A stretch of DNA of 64,000 nucleotides from a virus, in IMG/VR virus record IMGVR_UViG_3300049171_000040, positions 1 to 64,000 of that record, one strand, 5' to 3'. Of this stretch, positions 1 through 10,158 are shown piece after piece. Within the stretch, counting starts at the first letter, position 1, and every line of letters starts with the position of its first letter. Both the position numbers and the translations under genes were made by a program. The notes under the pieces were generated by a model. It was not told the DNA's origin. It searched no databases and saw only the letters and a list, made by a program, of their open reading frames with translations.

Positions 1-54
1 CTGTGCGCGTGACTCTGGGAAGTATGTGATCTTGATCTCACAACTCTCCGTGAG

Positions 55-513
55 GTGGTGCTCGGCATGGCAGGCAGAGGGTCGGCACCAAAGGAGACCC
101 GCTCGCGGGCTCGCGACACGAAGAGGCGTGACGCCGAGTTGAACAGGGTCGAGGCGGACGGAGATGTGCGCGGTCCAGAGCTCCCTGAGGGTGTTCTCGA
201 TGGCGAGTCGTGGCACCCTCGCACGGTTCAGTGGTGGGAGACGTGGCGTCGGTCGCCGCAGGCGCAGATGTTCACCGAGACGGACTGGGACTTCCTGCTC
301 GACACGGCGCTCATGCACCACACCATGTGGGACAAGAAGCGATGGGAGTTCGCGGCAGAGCTTCGCCTCCGCGCCGGGAAGTTCGGTGCGACGCCGGAGG
401 ATCGAATGCGGCTCAAGATGAAGGTCGAGACTCCAGGGGATGGCAAGCCGGCCGAGCCGGAGACGCCAAGGAACGTGTCTTCGCGGCGGAAGTCACTGCG
501 CATAGCGGGGTGA
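55..513 (+). CDS. terminase small subunit
   Basis: First gene before the large terminase; typical actinophage TerS motifs (WWETWRRSPQA, AELRLR..KFGATPEDR.RL). The start may be ATG 67. Confidence 0.8.
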   Translation: MVLGMAGRGSAPKETRSRARDTKRRDAELNRVEADGDVRGPELPEGVLDGESWHPRTVQWWETWRRSPQAQMFTETDWDFLLDTALMHHTMWDKKRWEFAAELRLRAGKFGATPEDRMRLKMKVETPGDGKPAEPETPRNVSSRRKSLRIAG

Positions 514-516
514 TCA

Positions 517-2157
517 ATGCCTTGGCGTGGCGCGTCATACGAGGGAGAGTTCCCGTCGCTCGGCGGGCTCATCGTGGAGCAGATCGAGCAGTATCTCTGC
601 CACGGTCCAGGGGATGTGGTCGGTGAGCCGATCGAGCTGGACGACGAGTTCTTCGAGTTCATCGTCCGCTGCTACCGGATCTCCCCGGAGACTGGCCGTC
701 GCGTTTATCGGCGTGCGTTCCTGTCTCGTGCGAAGGGGCGTGCGAAATCCGAACTCGCCGGGATGCTGGTGTGCGCCGAGGCGTTGTTCGATGTGCGGTT
801 CGCCGGATGGGATGCGCAGGGCGAGCCGGTAGCGCGGCCGGTCCGGTCGCCGTTCATCCGCTGCTTGGCCACGGAGGAGGGCCAGTCGGGTAACACCTAC
901 GACAACGTGTCCACGATGCTGGAGTACATCACCGAGAAGCACGGCGACACCTTCCCGGGGATCGACATTGGCCGATCAGCACAGACGTCATCTCGGATCG
1001 TCCTGCATCACCAGCGCGGCGAGATCACCCCTTCGACCGCGTCCAGCGCGTCGAAGGATGGCGGGAAAGAAACCTTCGCGGTCTTCGACGAGACCCACCT
1101 GTATGTGCTCCCCGAGCTGCGCCGTATGCACGAGGTCGTCCGGAGAAACCTGCGTAAACGCCGTGAAGCCGAACCGTGGGGCTTGGAGACGTCAACGATG
1201 TACCAGCCCGGCATCGGGTCGGTAGCTGAGGCCACGCACGAGTACCACAAAGCGATCGCTGAGGGTCGCGTCAAGGAGCCCGGCCTGCTGTTCGACCACA
1301 GGCAGGCACCGGATGGTACGGACCTCGCCGACCGCGACGAACTCCTCGCTGGGCTCAAGGCCGCGTATGGGCCTGCGGCCGAATGGATGGACCTGGACGG
1401 CATCATCGCCGAAATTTGGGATCCCCAGTCGGATCCCGCAGACAGTCGCCGCTACTGGCTGAATCAGCCGACCGTGGCAGAAGATCAGCTCGTCGCGCCG
1501 ACCGAGTGGGCGCTATGCGCATCGGATCAGCGGCTGGACGACGGCGATGAGATCGCTCTGGGGTTCGATGGTGGCAAGAGTTATGACGCGACCGCCCTGG
1601 TCGCGATGCGGATCTCCGACAGGCTCATCCAGCCGATTGGAATCTGGGAGCGGCCGGCTGGACCGCCTGGCGAGGGGTGGGAAGTTGACCGCAAACAGGT
1701 TGACGACTTTGTTCACCACACCTTCGCCCGGTTTAACGTCGTGGCGTTCTTCGCGGACGTGGCCTTGTGGGAGCCCTACATCGACGAGTGGGCCGAACAG
1801 TATGGTCCCCAACTCGTGGCCAAGGCGTCCAGCAAGACGCCAATCGGCTGGGACATGCGTGGCAGGCAGCAGGTTCTAACTGCGGCGACGGAAAGCCTGG
1901 TGACATCGATCGTTGAGGCGAAGATCCGCCATACGGGAGATTCGGCGCTCACTCGCCATGTTTTGAACGCTCGCCGCCGGCCGAACCGGTGGGGTGTGAG
2001 CTTCGCGAAGGCGACGCGCGAGTCCCCGAACAAGGTGGACGGGTTCGCCGCCGCGCAGCTCGCTGACATGGCCCGCCAGGCACTGCTTGCTTCACCTGAC
2101 TGGCAGAAGCAGAAGACCAAGAAGGTTCGAACTGGACGGGTCCACGGATTCGGTTAA
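517..2157 (+). CDS. terminase large subunit
   Basis: Walker A-like RAKGRAKSE, Walker B VFDETH, nuclease LGFDG..YDATAL and C-terminal KVDG; 546 aa. Confidence 0.93.
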   Translation: MPWRGASYEGEFPSLGGLIVEQIEQYLCHGPGDVVGEPIELDDEFFEFIVRCYRISPETGRRVYRRAFLSRAKGRAKSELAGMLVCAEALFDVRFAGWDAQGEPVARPVRSPFIRCLATEEGQSGNTYDNVSTMLEYITEKHGDTFPGIDIGRSAQTSSRIVLHHQRGEITPSTASSASKDGGKETFAVFDETHLYVLPELRRMHEVVRRNLRKRREAEPWGLETSTMYQPGIGSVAEATHEYHKAIAEGRVKEPGLLFDHRQAPDGTDLADRDELLAGLKAAYGPAAEWMDLDGIIAEIWDPQSDPADSRRYWLNQPTVAEDQLVAPTEWALCASDQRLDDGDEIALGFDGGKSYDATALVAMRISDRLIQPIGIWERPAGPPGEGWEVDRKQVDDFVHHTFARFNVVAFFADVALWEPYIDEWAEQYGPQLVAKASSKTPIGWDMRGRQQVLTAATESLVTSIVEAKIRHTGDSALTRHVLNARRRPNRWGVSFAKATRESPNKVDGFAAAQLADMARQALLASPDWQKQKTKKVRTGRVHGFG

Positions 2158-2172
2158 CACAGGGGGTGCACA

Positions 2173-3588
2173 TTGGCCCTCTCCGAGGACGTTGTCATCG
2201 ACACGGCCAAGAAGCTGCTCAAGATGCGCGAGGGCGAGCAGCCCCGGCTGCACAAGATCTCCGCCTACCTGCGGGGCGAGGCGTCGAGCGTGTACGTGCC
2301 GCGGGGTGCCCGCCAGGAGTACAAGTGGCTGATCAAGCGGGCGAAGGTGAATGTCCTCCCGCTGGTCGTCACCGTCGTGGCGCAGGCCTTGTACGTGGAC
2401 GGGTATCGGCCGGCGGGCGGTGATGAGAACGCCGGGGCGTGGGAGAGCTGGCAGGCCAACCGCATGGACGCCCGCCAGCACGGTCTTCACCGGACGACGC
2501 TGAAGTACGGCGTCGGCTACGCCGTGGTGATGCCGGGCAAGCCGTTGCCGGTGATCACCCCGAAGTCGCCTCGGCGGATGACGGCGTTCTATCGGGATCC
2601 GATCGACGACGAATGGCCGGAGTTGGCGATTGAGGAGACGGTCCTCAACACCGTCAAGGGCAAGATTCGTGTGGTCCGGCTGTACGACGCCACGCACCGG
2701 TATGACCTTGAGGGGGACGCGAAGCCGGGCGGCAAGTTGAGGTTCGTCAAGGCGGAGGAGCATGGGCTCGGCGTGTGCCCGGTCGTCCGGTACTTGAACG
2801 GCGACGACCTCGATGGGGACGACTGTGTCCGTGGCGAGGTCGAGCCGCTGATCGAGATGCAGGACCAGCTCAACTCGACCACGTTCAACCTGCTCATGGC
2901 GCAGCAGTACGCCGCGTTCAGGCAGCGGTGGGTCACCGGCATGGCCCCGCCGATGGATGAAAACGGCAGTCCGATGGAGCCGTTCAACGCTGCGGTGAAC
3001 CGGCTGTGGGTGGCCGAGGACGAGACGACCAAATTTGGTGAGTTCGGGCAGACGTCGCTTGAGGGGTATTTGGCCTCGGCCGAGGCCACGATCAAGCACA
3101 TGGCGACGGTGTCTCAGACGCCGCCGCATCACCTGCTCGGGCAGATGGCCAACTTGAGCGCTGAAGCGCTCGCTGCGGCGGAGTCCGGATTGCAGCGGAA
3201 GATCGCCGAGCGTAAGAGTTCGTTCGGGGAGTCCCACGAGCAGACGCTTCGCCTGGCCGCCCTCGCCGCCCGCGACAAGAAGGGCTGGGCGGACCTGTCG
3301 GCGCAGGTTGTGTGGCGTGACACCGAAGCGCGGGCTCTCGCGTCGACAGTGGACGCCCTCGGCAAACTGACCCAGATGCTGGGTGTGCCCCAGGAGGAAC
3401 TGTGGGAGCGCATACCGGGCGTGACACAGACCGACGTGAAGCGTTGGAAGGCCGCCGCGAAGGAAGCGGCAAAGGAGGCCGACGCGATGGAGCAGCTCAA
3501 CGCGACATTGGAGCGCCAGATGGGCGGCAATCCCAAGCCTGCGCCTGGCGTTGAGCCTCCCGTTGAGCCCGTGCCGGCGGGCTCGTAG
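2173..3588 (+). CDS. portal protein (SPP1 gp6-like)
   Basis: Follows the terminase; WQANRMDARQ, H.LGVCPVV, FRQRWVTG and NLSAEAL motifs. Confidence 0.9.
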   Translation: MALSEDVVIDTAKKLLKMREGEQPRLHKISAYLRGEASSVYVPRGARQEYKWLIKRAKVNVLPLVVTVVAQALYVDGYRPAGGDENAGAWESWQANRMDARQHGLHRTTLKYGVGYAVVMPGKPLPVITPKSPRRMTAFYRDPIDDEWPELAIEETVLNTVKGKIRVVRLYDATHRYDLEGDAKPGGKLRFVKAEEHGLGVCPVVRYLNGDDLDGDDCVRGEVEPLIEMQDQLNSTTFNLLMAQQYAAFRQRWVTGMAPPMDENGSPMEPFNAAVNRLWVAEDETTKFGEFGQTSLEGYLASAEATIKHMATVSQTPPHHLLGQMANLSAEALAAAESGLQRKIAERKSSFGESHEQTLRLAALAARDKKGWADLSAQVVWRDTEARALASTVDALGKLTQMLGVPQEELWERIPGVTQTDVKRWKAAAKEAAKEADAMEQLNATLERQMGGNPKPAPGVEPPVEPVPAGS

Positions 3589-4328
3589 TGGCGACACAGG
3601 ACCAGCTCGCCGAGGCGTACCGGGTCGAGCAGGCGCAGTTGTCGGCCGAGGCGACCCGCGCGGTGCTGGCGTTGTGGCTGGCGATGTACGAGCCGGGCAA
3701 CTCGCAGGTCTGGCGGGCATTCCTGGTCGCACTCACGACTCTGATCAACGCGCTCCGGGGCAGGTCGTCGCAGTCGGCGGTCATCTACTACCTGGAGTCG
3801 CGGCGGGCCGCGCGAGCACCTCGCTCGTTCACGCCGCGCGTCGCTCCCGCTCCATTACTGGAGCTGATCGAGGCCACGGCCCAGTTGACCGGCGCGCGAA
3901 TGTACGGCCGCTCGCTCTCCGCCGGGATGACCCCGGAACGTGCGCTACGCAATGCGGGCGTGCAGGTCGCTGGAGCAACGAGCCGGATCGTCCTCGACGC
4001 CGGCCGCCAGACGATCCTTGATGCGGTCGAGGAGGACCGCGAGGCGATCGGCTGGACACGCATCACCGACGCCAAGCCCTGCGCATTTTGCAGCATGCTC
4101 GCCTCCCGCGGACCCGTCTATTCCGAGGACACCGTCTCGTTCCAGGCGCACGCTCACTGCGCCTGCATCGCCGCACCGGTCTGGTCGCGCGACGAGGCGT
4201 GGCTAGGCCACAGCGAAGACCTCTACCAGCAGTGGAGGGCCGTCACCGAGGGCGAGTCCGGACCGGGCGCCCTGCGCGCCTGGCGCCGCTACTGGAACAA
4301 CCGCGAGACCGCTTCGGTCGACGCCTGA
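3588..4328 (+). CDS. MuF-like minor capsid / capsid maturation protein
   Basis: Follows the portal; W.R.TDAKPCAFC.MLASRGPVY and AH.HC.C motifs. Confidence 0.75.
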   Translation: MATQDQLAEAYRVEQAQLSAEATRAVLALWLAMYEPGNSQVWRAFLVALTTLINALRGRSSQSAVIYYLESRRAARAPRSFTPRVAPAPLLELIEATAQLTGARMYGRSLSAGMTPERALRNAGVQVAGATSRIVLDAGRQTILDAVEEDREAIGWTRITDAKPCAFCSMLASRGPVYSEDTVSFQAHAHCACIAAPVWSRDEAWLGHSEDLYQQWRAVTEGESGPGALRAWRRYWNNRETASVDA

Positions 4329-4429
4329 CCCATCTCTGACTTCCGGACCAGCCGACATGGCAGGCCCGGCGCTTTCGCACGCCCTCGTTCCGCCGACACG
4401 GCGGACATCCCGACATGGGAGATAGATCA

Positions 4430-5023
4430 ATGTCTGAACCGGCGACCGAACCGACCGCCCAGCCCGCCCCGGACGTCGAGCCCGCCGAGGAGCTTCCCGC
4501 TGAACAGCGCGAGCCCGACGCGCAGCCCGAGACTCAGGAGAACGACTGGAAGGCCGACGCCGAAAAGTGGAAGTCCCTGTCCCGGAAGTGGGAGAAGGAC
4601 GCCAAGGCCAACTCTGAGGCGGCACGGAAGTACGCCGAGTTCGAAGAGAGCCAGAAGTCCGAGCAGCAGCGGTTGGCGGATCGTGCGGCGGCAGCCGAAG
4701 AGAGAGCGGTAGCGGCCGAACTAGGCCGTGCACGTCTCTTGGCCGCGGCGGCACACAACATCCCGTCCAGCCTGCTGGAGAGGGTTGGCGGCTCGTCGGA
4801 GGACGAGATCGCCGAATCCGCTCAGGCGCTCGCGGCAGAGATCGAAGCCGAGGTGGCTAAGCGTCTCGCCGCTGTCCCGCCGCCGCCTGTTCCCGACCCG
4901 CCCGCGCCTGCCCCGACGCCGTCACGGCCTGTCGAGGCGCTCACTCCGGGCGCCATGCCCTCCAGCGCCGCGCCGACAGACGGCAACGCGTTCCTGCGCC
5001 GCATGGCCGGCCGCGACACCTAA
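4430..5023 (+). CDS. capsid scaffolding protein
   Basis: Acidic/coiled-coil protein (WKSLSRKWE, KSEQQR) immediately before the major capsid gene. Confidence 0.75.
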   Translation: MSEPATEPTAQPAPDVEPAEELPAEQREPDAQPETQENDWKADAEKWKSLSRKWEKDAKANSEAARKYAEFEESQKSEQQRLADRAAAAEERAVAAELGRARLLAAAAHNIPSSLLERVGGSSEDEIAESAQALAAEIEAEVAKRLAAVPPPPVPDPPAPAPTPSRPVEALTPGAMPSSAAPTDGNAFLRRMAGRDT

Positions 5024-5096
5024 CCCTGATCACCGCAGCTACCGGATTCCTTGCACGGGGCCCGGCGCCGCTGCATACCTGAAATGAGGTTGCCCC

Positions 5097-6050
5097 GTGC
5101 CCACCTATAACACCATGGTCACCCGCGACGGTTCCGACGACCCGCTCGTTCCGGAACCGGTGTCCGCGCAGATCCTCCAGGAGATGCCGACCAGCTCCTA
5201 CCTGCTGCAGTACGCGGGCCGGGTGCCGATGTCCACCAAGACCCAGCGCCAGCCAGTGCTCGATGTCCTGCCGATGGCTTACTGGGTCTCCGGTGACTCC
5301 GGCATGAAGCAGACCAGTGCTGTGGACTGGAAGAACGTCACGCTGGTCGCCGAAGAGTTGGCCGTTATCGTGCCGATCCCCGAGGCGTACCTGGACGACG
5401 CTCAGGTCCCGATCTGGGACGAGGTCCGGCCCCGAATCGTGGAGGCGCTGGGCGCCAAGGTTGACGCTGCCGGCCTGTTCGGCGTGGACAAGCCCACCTC
5501 GTGGCCCTACAGCATCCACCACTCCGCCGTCGCTGCGGGTAACGTGGTCACCAGCTCCGGGACCACGGACTTCGGCCAGGACGTGTCCGCCCTCGGCGAG
5601 CTGATCGCCCGGGACGGCTTCTCCGTGTCCGGCTTCGCCGCCAGGCCCGGCCTGAAGTGGAAGCTGACCGGCATGCGCTCGGACGAGGGCATCCCGATCT
5701 ACCACCCGAACCTGCAGGACGGCCGTGGTGCGGGCAACCTCTACGGTTACCCGATCCGCGAGGTCACCAACGGCTCGTGGGACTCGACCGCCGCCGACCT
5801 GATCGCTGGCGACTGGTCGAAGGCGATCATCGGTATGCGTCAGGACATCTCGTGGAAGATGTTCGACCAGGGCGTCATCTCCGACGCCGAGGGTGCGGTC
5901 GTCCTCAACCTCATGCAGCAGGACTCGGTGGCGCTCCGCGTCACCATGCGGCTCGCGTTCGCGACCAGCAACCCGGTGACCCGCCTGCAGGCGACCGAGT
6001 CCGCGCGGTTCCCGTTCGGCCTGGTCGTTGCGGCCGGCGCCGGTAGCTGA
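5097..6050 (+). CDS. major capsid protein (HK97 fold)
   Basis: Position, 317 aa, and the motifs AEELAVIVPIPE and NLMQQDSVALRVTMR. Confidence 0.9.
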   Translation: MPTYNTMVTRDGSDDPLVPEPVSAQILQEMPTSSYLLQYAGRVPMSTKTQRQPVLDVLPMAYWVSGDSGMKQTSAVDWKNVTLVAEELAVIVPIPEAYLDDAQVPIWDEVRPRIVEALGAKVDAAGLFGVDKPTSWPYSIHHSAVAAGNVVTSSGTTDFGQDVSALGELIARDGFSVSGFAARPGLKWKLTGMRSDEGIPIYHPNLQDGRGAGNLYGYPIREVTNGSWDSTAADLIAGDWSKAIIGMRQDISWKMFDQGVISDAEGAVVLNLMQQDSVALRVTMRLAFATSNPVTRLQATESARFPFGLVVAAGAGS

Positions 6051-6057
6051 TCTCTCT

Positions 6058-6089
6058 CGCAGGCGGGGGCGGTGTCGTCCCCGCCTGCC
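6058..6089 (+). terminator. stem-loop after the capsid gene (terminator or mRNA-stabilising hairpin)
   Basis: GCAGGCGGGG...CCCCGCCTGC inverted repeat. Confidence 0.55.
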
Positions 6090-6106
6090 TACCCCCGAGG
6101 AGTCCC

Positions 6107-7099
6107 ATGCGGGTCCTGGCGATGCTGCACCTTTTCCCGCCGCATCACAATGCTGGCGCGGAGCGGATGGTGCTGGCCCTGTTGCGCGCCCTGGTCGATC
6201 GCGGCCACGACGTGGATGTGCTGCTGTCCCAGTCCCATCCGGAGATCACCAGCTCGTATGAGATCGACGGGATCAACGTCCACCGGCACCGAGAGAAGAC
6301 GGACCCGTTCGCCTTCCTCGATACGACCGACGTGATCGTCACCCACCTAGAGAACACCCCGAGGGCCGCGGCGCTCGGGGAGTCATTCAAGATCCCGGTG
6401 ACGAAGATCGTCCACAACACGTTCGCCCCGACGCGGATGCAGATCCAGCGCGGGATCAGCCTCGCCGTCTACAACAGCGAATGGATGGCCGAGGAGTTCG
6501 CGAACCTCGACGTGAACTCGGTGGTCATCCGGCCACCGGTCAGCCTCGCGGAGTACGAAACGGCGCCAGGCAGTGCGATCACGCTCATCAACCTGTACGA
6601 ACCCAAGGGTCCGAGAACGTTCTACGCTCTCGCCGAGCGGTTCCCTGAGATCACGTTCCTTGCCGTGCACGGGGCCTACGGCAAGCAGGTCATACGCGAT
6701 CTGCCGAACGTCGAGCACATCGATCACCTCGACGGCGACCGGATGCGGGACGAGGTGTACGCCCGAACCAAGATCCTGCTGATCCCTTCTGACTACGAGT
6801 CGTGGGGGCGTGTCGGGATCGAGGCTATGTGCAGTGGTATCCCGGTTATTGCTCACCCGACGCCAGGATTGAAGGAATCCCTCGGCGAAGCGGGCATCTT
6901 CTGCGACCGTCGCAAGACCGACGCGTGGGAGCAGGCCATCACTACCCTGCTCAAGCCCCGCGCCTACGCCGCGGCATCGAAGAAGGCCAAGGCCCGCGCG
7001 GTCGAACTCGACCCCACTGAAGACCTCAACCGCTGGTGCGACGAGATGGAGTCTCTCGGCGCACTGCGCTCCCAGTTCCGTCTCCTCGCGCCCGCCTAG
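6107..7099 (+). CDS. glycosyltransferase (GT-B, GT4-like)
   Basis: GAE N-terminal motif, RGHDVDV, and PSDYESWGRVGIEAMCSGIPVIA (EX7E) signature. Confidence 0.88.
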   Translation: MRVLAMLHLFPPHHNAGAERMVLALLRALVDRGHDVDVLLSQSHPEITSSYEIDGINVHRHREKTDPFAFLDTTDVIVTHLENTPRAAALGESFKIPVTKIVHNTFAPTRMQIQRGISLAVYNSEWMAEEFANLDVNSVVIRPPVSLAEYETAPGSAITLINLYEPKGPRTFYALAERFPEITFLAVHGAYGKQVIRDLPNVEHIDHLDGDRMRDEVYARTKILLIPSDYESWGRVGIEAMCSGIPVIAHPTPGLKESLGEAGIFCDRRKTDAWEQAITTLLKPRAYAAASKKAKARAVELDPTEDLNRWCDEMESLGALRSQFRLLAPA

Positions 7100-7108
7100 G
7101 AGGTGACC

Positions 7109-7732
7109 GTGACCGCACTCGCCACCAAGACGGACCTCGTTGCCCGACTCGGGCGTGACATCTCGTGCGAGGAGGACGCCCGACTGGAAGCTCTACTCGC
7201 GGACGCTTCCGCGCTGGTTCGGGCCTACACGGGCCAGGACTTCGATGTGACGTCCGACGCGGAGGTGACGTTGCGGGCGCAGGGAGGCGCGGTCCGCCTC
7301 CCACAACGCCCCGTCACCGCTGTGGCCTCGGTGGTCGCCATCGGCGGCGCCGGCATCCCGGACTTGACGCTGACTGACTGGTGGTGGGACGGCCTCGACC
7401 TGATCCGTATCGGCGCAGGCGAGTACGTCATCAATCTTCCCGAGCAGTGGTGGGACTCCGAAGACGGCTATCCGGGGACGTTTCGGATCACCTACTCCTA
7501 CGGCTATGCGGCCCCGCCGGCCGATGTGGTCGCGGTGGTGTGCGGCATGGTCCTGCGCACCCTAACCGCTCCTACGGCGGTCGGCGGTGTCACCTCCGAA
7601 ACGATCGGCCCTTACTCCTACCGGCTCGAATCGGCTGGCATCGGAACCGCGGTGTCTCTGGGGGAGATGGAGCGCAAGACGCTGTCCCGTTACCGCCGGA
7701 CCACCGGCATGATCTCTGTTAGGGCGGGCTAG
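7109..7732 (+). CDS. head-to-tail adaptor
   Basis: LAT..DL..RLGR, ALLADASALVR and ETIGPYSY; RBS AGGAGG before GTG 7109. Confidence 0.75.
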   Translation: MTALATKTDLVARLGRDISCEEDARLEALLADASALVRAYTGQDFDVTSDAEVTLRAQGGAVRLPQRPVTAVASVVAIGGAGIPDLTLTDWWWDGLDLIRIGAGEYVINLPEQWWDSEDGYPGTFRITYSYGYAAPPADVVAVVCGMVLRTLTAPTAVGGVTSETIGPYSYRLESAGIGTAVSLGEMERKTLSRYRRTTGMISVRAG

Positions 7733-8715
7733 TGAAGATTCTCGCTCGTCTCCACGCCTACCCGACGCGTCACAACGCGGGCGCCGAACTGGCCGCTCAC
7801 GGCCTGCTCAAGGCTCTCGCGGACCGCGGCCACGACGTCCAGGTGTGGCTGACGCAGTACAACGGCCAACGCAAGCCGTACATGCTCGACGGTGTCCAGG
7901 TCATCCCCGCCTCGGCGGGCCAGGACTTCAGCAAGGCCGTCAAGTCGGCCGGCGCGGTCATCTCCCACCTGGAGTCCGTCCGTTCCACCGCCGCGGCGGC
8001 CCGGGGCTGGGGCAGGCCGCTGGTCGTCCTGTGCCACAACACTTTCCCGGCGACGTTCCGCGCGATCGGATCCGGCACCACGGCGCTCGCCGTCTACAAC
8101 TCGCAGTGGATGGCCGGCGAGGCTGACCGCTGGTTCGCAGCCAACCCCAAGCACCCACGTCCGGCGCGGGATCTCGTCGTTCACCCGCCGGTGCTTGCCC
8201 GCGACTACAGAGCCACGCCAGGCAGCGCGATCACGCTGATCAACCTGTTCAAGCCCAAGGGCGGCGACATTCTGTGGGATATCGCCGGGCGGATGCCCGA
8301 CCGCGAGTTCCTCGGGGTCACAGGCGCGTACGGCGAGCAGGTGGTGCGCGAGGCGCCGAACGTCGAGGTCCTTGACCACGTACCTGCCACCGACATGGCC
8401 AAGCTCGTCTACGGGCGCACCCGAGTCCTGATCATGCCGTCCTCGTACGAGAGCTGGGGGAGGACCGCTGTCGAAGCGATCGCCTCCGGCATTCCCGTCG
8501 TGGCCTGTCCTACGCCCGGCCTGCTTGAGTCCCTCGGCGACGCCGGGATCTACGTGGAGCGGGACGACATCGACGGCTGGGTGTCCGCGCTCACCGCACT
8601 CGACGACCCTGAGGCGTGGCAGGCGGCATCCGACCAGGCCAAGCAGCGTTCCAAGCAGCTCGACCCCAAGGCCGACCTCGCCCGCTGGTGCGACGCGATC
8701 GAGGCCCTGAGGTGA
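7732..8715 (+). CDS. glycosyltransferase (GT-B, GT4-like), paralog of 6107-7099
   Basis: HNAGAE, RGHDVQV and PSSYESWGRTAVEAIASGIPVVA. Confidence 0.88.
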   Translation: MKILARLHAYPTRHNAGAELAAHGLLKALADRGHDVQVWLTQYNGQRKPYMLDGVQVIPASAGQDFSKAVKSAGAVISHLESVRSTAAAARGWGRPLVVLCHNTFPATFRAIGSGTTALAVYNSQWMAGEADRWFAANPKHPRPARDLVVHPPVLARDYRATPGSAITLINLFKPKGGDILWDIAGRMPDREFLGVTGAYGEQVVREAPNVEVLDHVPATDMAKLVYGRTRVLIMPSSYESWGRTAVEAIASGIPVVACPTPGLLESLGDAGIYVERDDIDGWVSALTALDDPEAWQAASDQAKQRSKQLDPKADLARWCDAIEALR

Positions 8716-9035
8716 TCGGCGAGACCGTCACCCTCGTCCGCCGAGTGGAGACCGGGCGGGACAGCCACGGCAACACCATCTGGGCAGACTCGGAGATCCC
8801 CGTAGACGGCTGTGCGGTGTGGCCGACCGGGTCCACCGAGCGGATCCAAGGCCAGGACCAGACGAGCACCCGAGTGACCGTGATGTTCCCGTACGGCACG
8901 ACGGTGCTCCACACCGACAAGGCCAAGGTCCGCGGCCTGTTGTATGAGGTGACCGGTCTCCCGTCCTCGTGGAGTTCGCCGTTCACGACTACCCGCGCTG
9001 GCGTCGAGGTTCAGATGACCCACGTAACGGGTTAA
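8712..9035 (+). CDS. head-to-tail stopper
   Basis: GETVTLVRR, D.HGN, YEVTG.P..W.SPFT; GTGA overlap with the upstream stop. Confidence 0.75.
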   Translation: MIGETVTLVRRVETGRDSHGNTIWADSEIPVDGCAVWPTGSTERIQGQDQTSTRVTVMFPYGTTVLHTDKAKVRGLLYEVTGLPSSWSSPFTTTRAGVEVQMTHVTG

Positions 9036-9133
9036 GACGAATGGACCGTTTCAATTGATACGTCATTCTCGCAAACCTCTTCAGTAACGTCGGCGTCTAA
9101 CGCATGGACACACCCCCTATACCGGGAGTCGCG

Positions 9134-9766
9134 ATGACTCACCAGCACGGCGGACACTCACCGCAGGGATACACCGCGCCTCTGCAGCACCATCCGCCTC
9201 AGAAGAAGAAAAGAACCGGCCTGAAGATCACATTAGTGGTCGTCGGTGCGCTGGTTCTCATGGGTGGGTGTCTCGCAATCGTGTCCAGCGGCGGCGACGG
9301 CACCACGACGGCGACCACCCAGAGCAGCCCAGACGGAGCGGGTGGCACCGAGAAGGCCAAGCCGAAAACTCCTGGGATCGGCGACACCGTGAAGGACGGG
9401 AAATTCTCGTTCAAGGTCACCAAGCTGGAGAACCGGACGCAGGTCGGCAGCGACTTCCTCAACAAGAAGGCGCAGGGTAAGTTCCTCCTGGTGCACGTCA
9501 CCGTCAAGAACATCGGCGACGAGGCGCAGTCGTTCTTCGGCAACAACCAGAAGCTGCTCGACTCCAAGGGGCGCAAGTACGAAGCGGACGCCGAGGCTGC
9601 GATCTACCTCGCCGATTCGAAGAGCTTGTACGAGGAGATCAACCCCGGAAACTCGGTGAAGGGCCGCGTCCTGTTCGACGTGCCGAAGCAGGTCAAGGTG
9701 GCAACGATCATGTTGCATGATTCGGCTTTCAGTGACGGCGTGAAGGTTGATCTGACGCAGTCCTAG
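9134..9766 (+). CDS. DUF4352 membrane-anchored/lipoprotein (Mpr-like), moron
   Basis: Basic patch plus TM (LVLMGGC), then GIGDTVKDGKFSFKVT..AQGKF..V.VTVKNIGDEA..INPGNSV.G.VLFDVP; flanked by an AT-richer promoter region and a hairpin. Confidence 0.8.
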   Translation: MTHQHGGHSPQGYTAPLQHHPPQKKKRTGLKITLVVVGALVLMGGCLAIVSSGGDGTTTATTQSSPDGAGGTEKAKPKTPGIGDTVKDGKFSFKVTKLENRTQVGSDFLNKKAQGKFLLVHVTVKNIGDEAQSFFGNNQKLLDSKGRKYEADAEAAIYLADSKSLYEEINPGNSVKGRVLFDVPKQVKVATIMLHDSAFSDGVKVDLTQS

Positions 9767-9852
9767 CCCGCATTTTCCTTTTTTGTCCGGCCCCTGCCTT
9801 CTCATCGGTGGGGGCCGTTTGTTGTCCGGGCCTGTTCCTGTCTGGGGGTGTG

Positions 9853-10158
9853 ATGGCTGAGCGTGCCAGATTCAAGGGCAACTACAAGGGGATCGGGCAG
9901 ATCCTCCGGTCGGTCCAGATGCAGCGCGAGATGGAGCGGCGGGCCAAGCCGATCGAGGCCCGGTGCGTGGCGACGTCCCCGAGCGACACAGGCGCCTACG
10001 CGTCATCGTTCCGCGTCCAGACGGGCGTTCGGCCAGGCAGGAAGCCCCGCGCCGAGTCGAAGGTCATCAACAGTGACCCCGCTGCGTCCTACGTGGAGTG
10101 GGGCACCAGCCGCACGCCGCGCTTCCGCGTCATGGGCAAAGCTGCGGGCGCCGAATGA
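9853..10158 (+). CDS. neck protein (HK97 gp10-like)
   Basis: P.DTG.Y..S and YVEWGT motifs; position. Confidence 0.7.
   Translation: MAERARFKGNYKGIGQILRSVQMQREMERRAKPIEARCVATSPSDTGAYASSFRVQTGVRPGRKPRAESKVINSDPAASYVEWGTSRTPRFRVMGKAAGAE

Noticed and set aside
2092-3732. Long antisense or alternate-frame ORFs (e.g. 2092-3732, 14268-15944, 21350-22954, 48644-49807)
   Set aside because: These are shadow ORFs of high-GC coding strands, with Arg/Gly/Pro-rich translations and no motifs.
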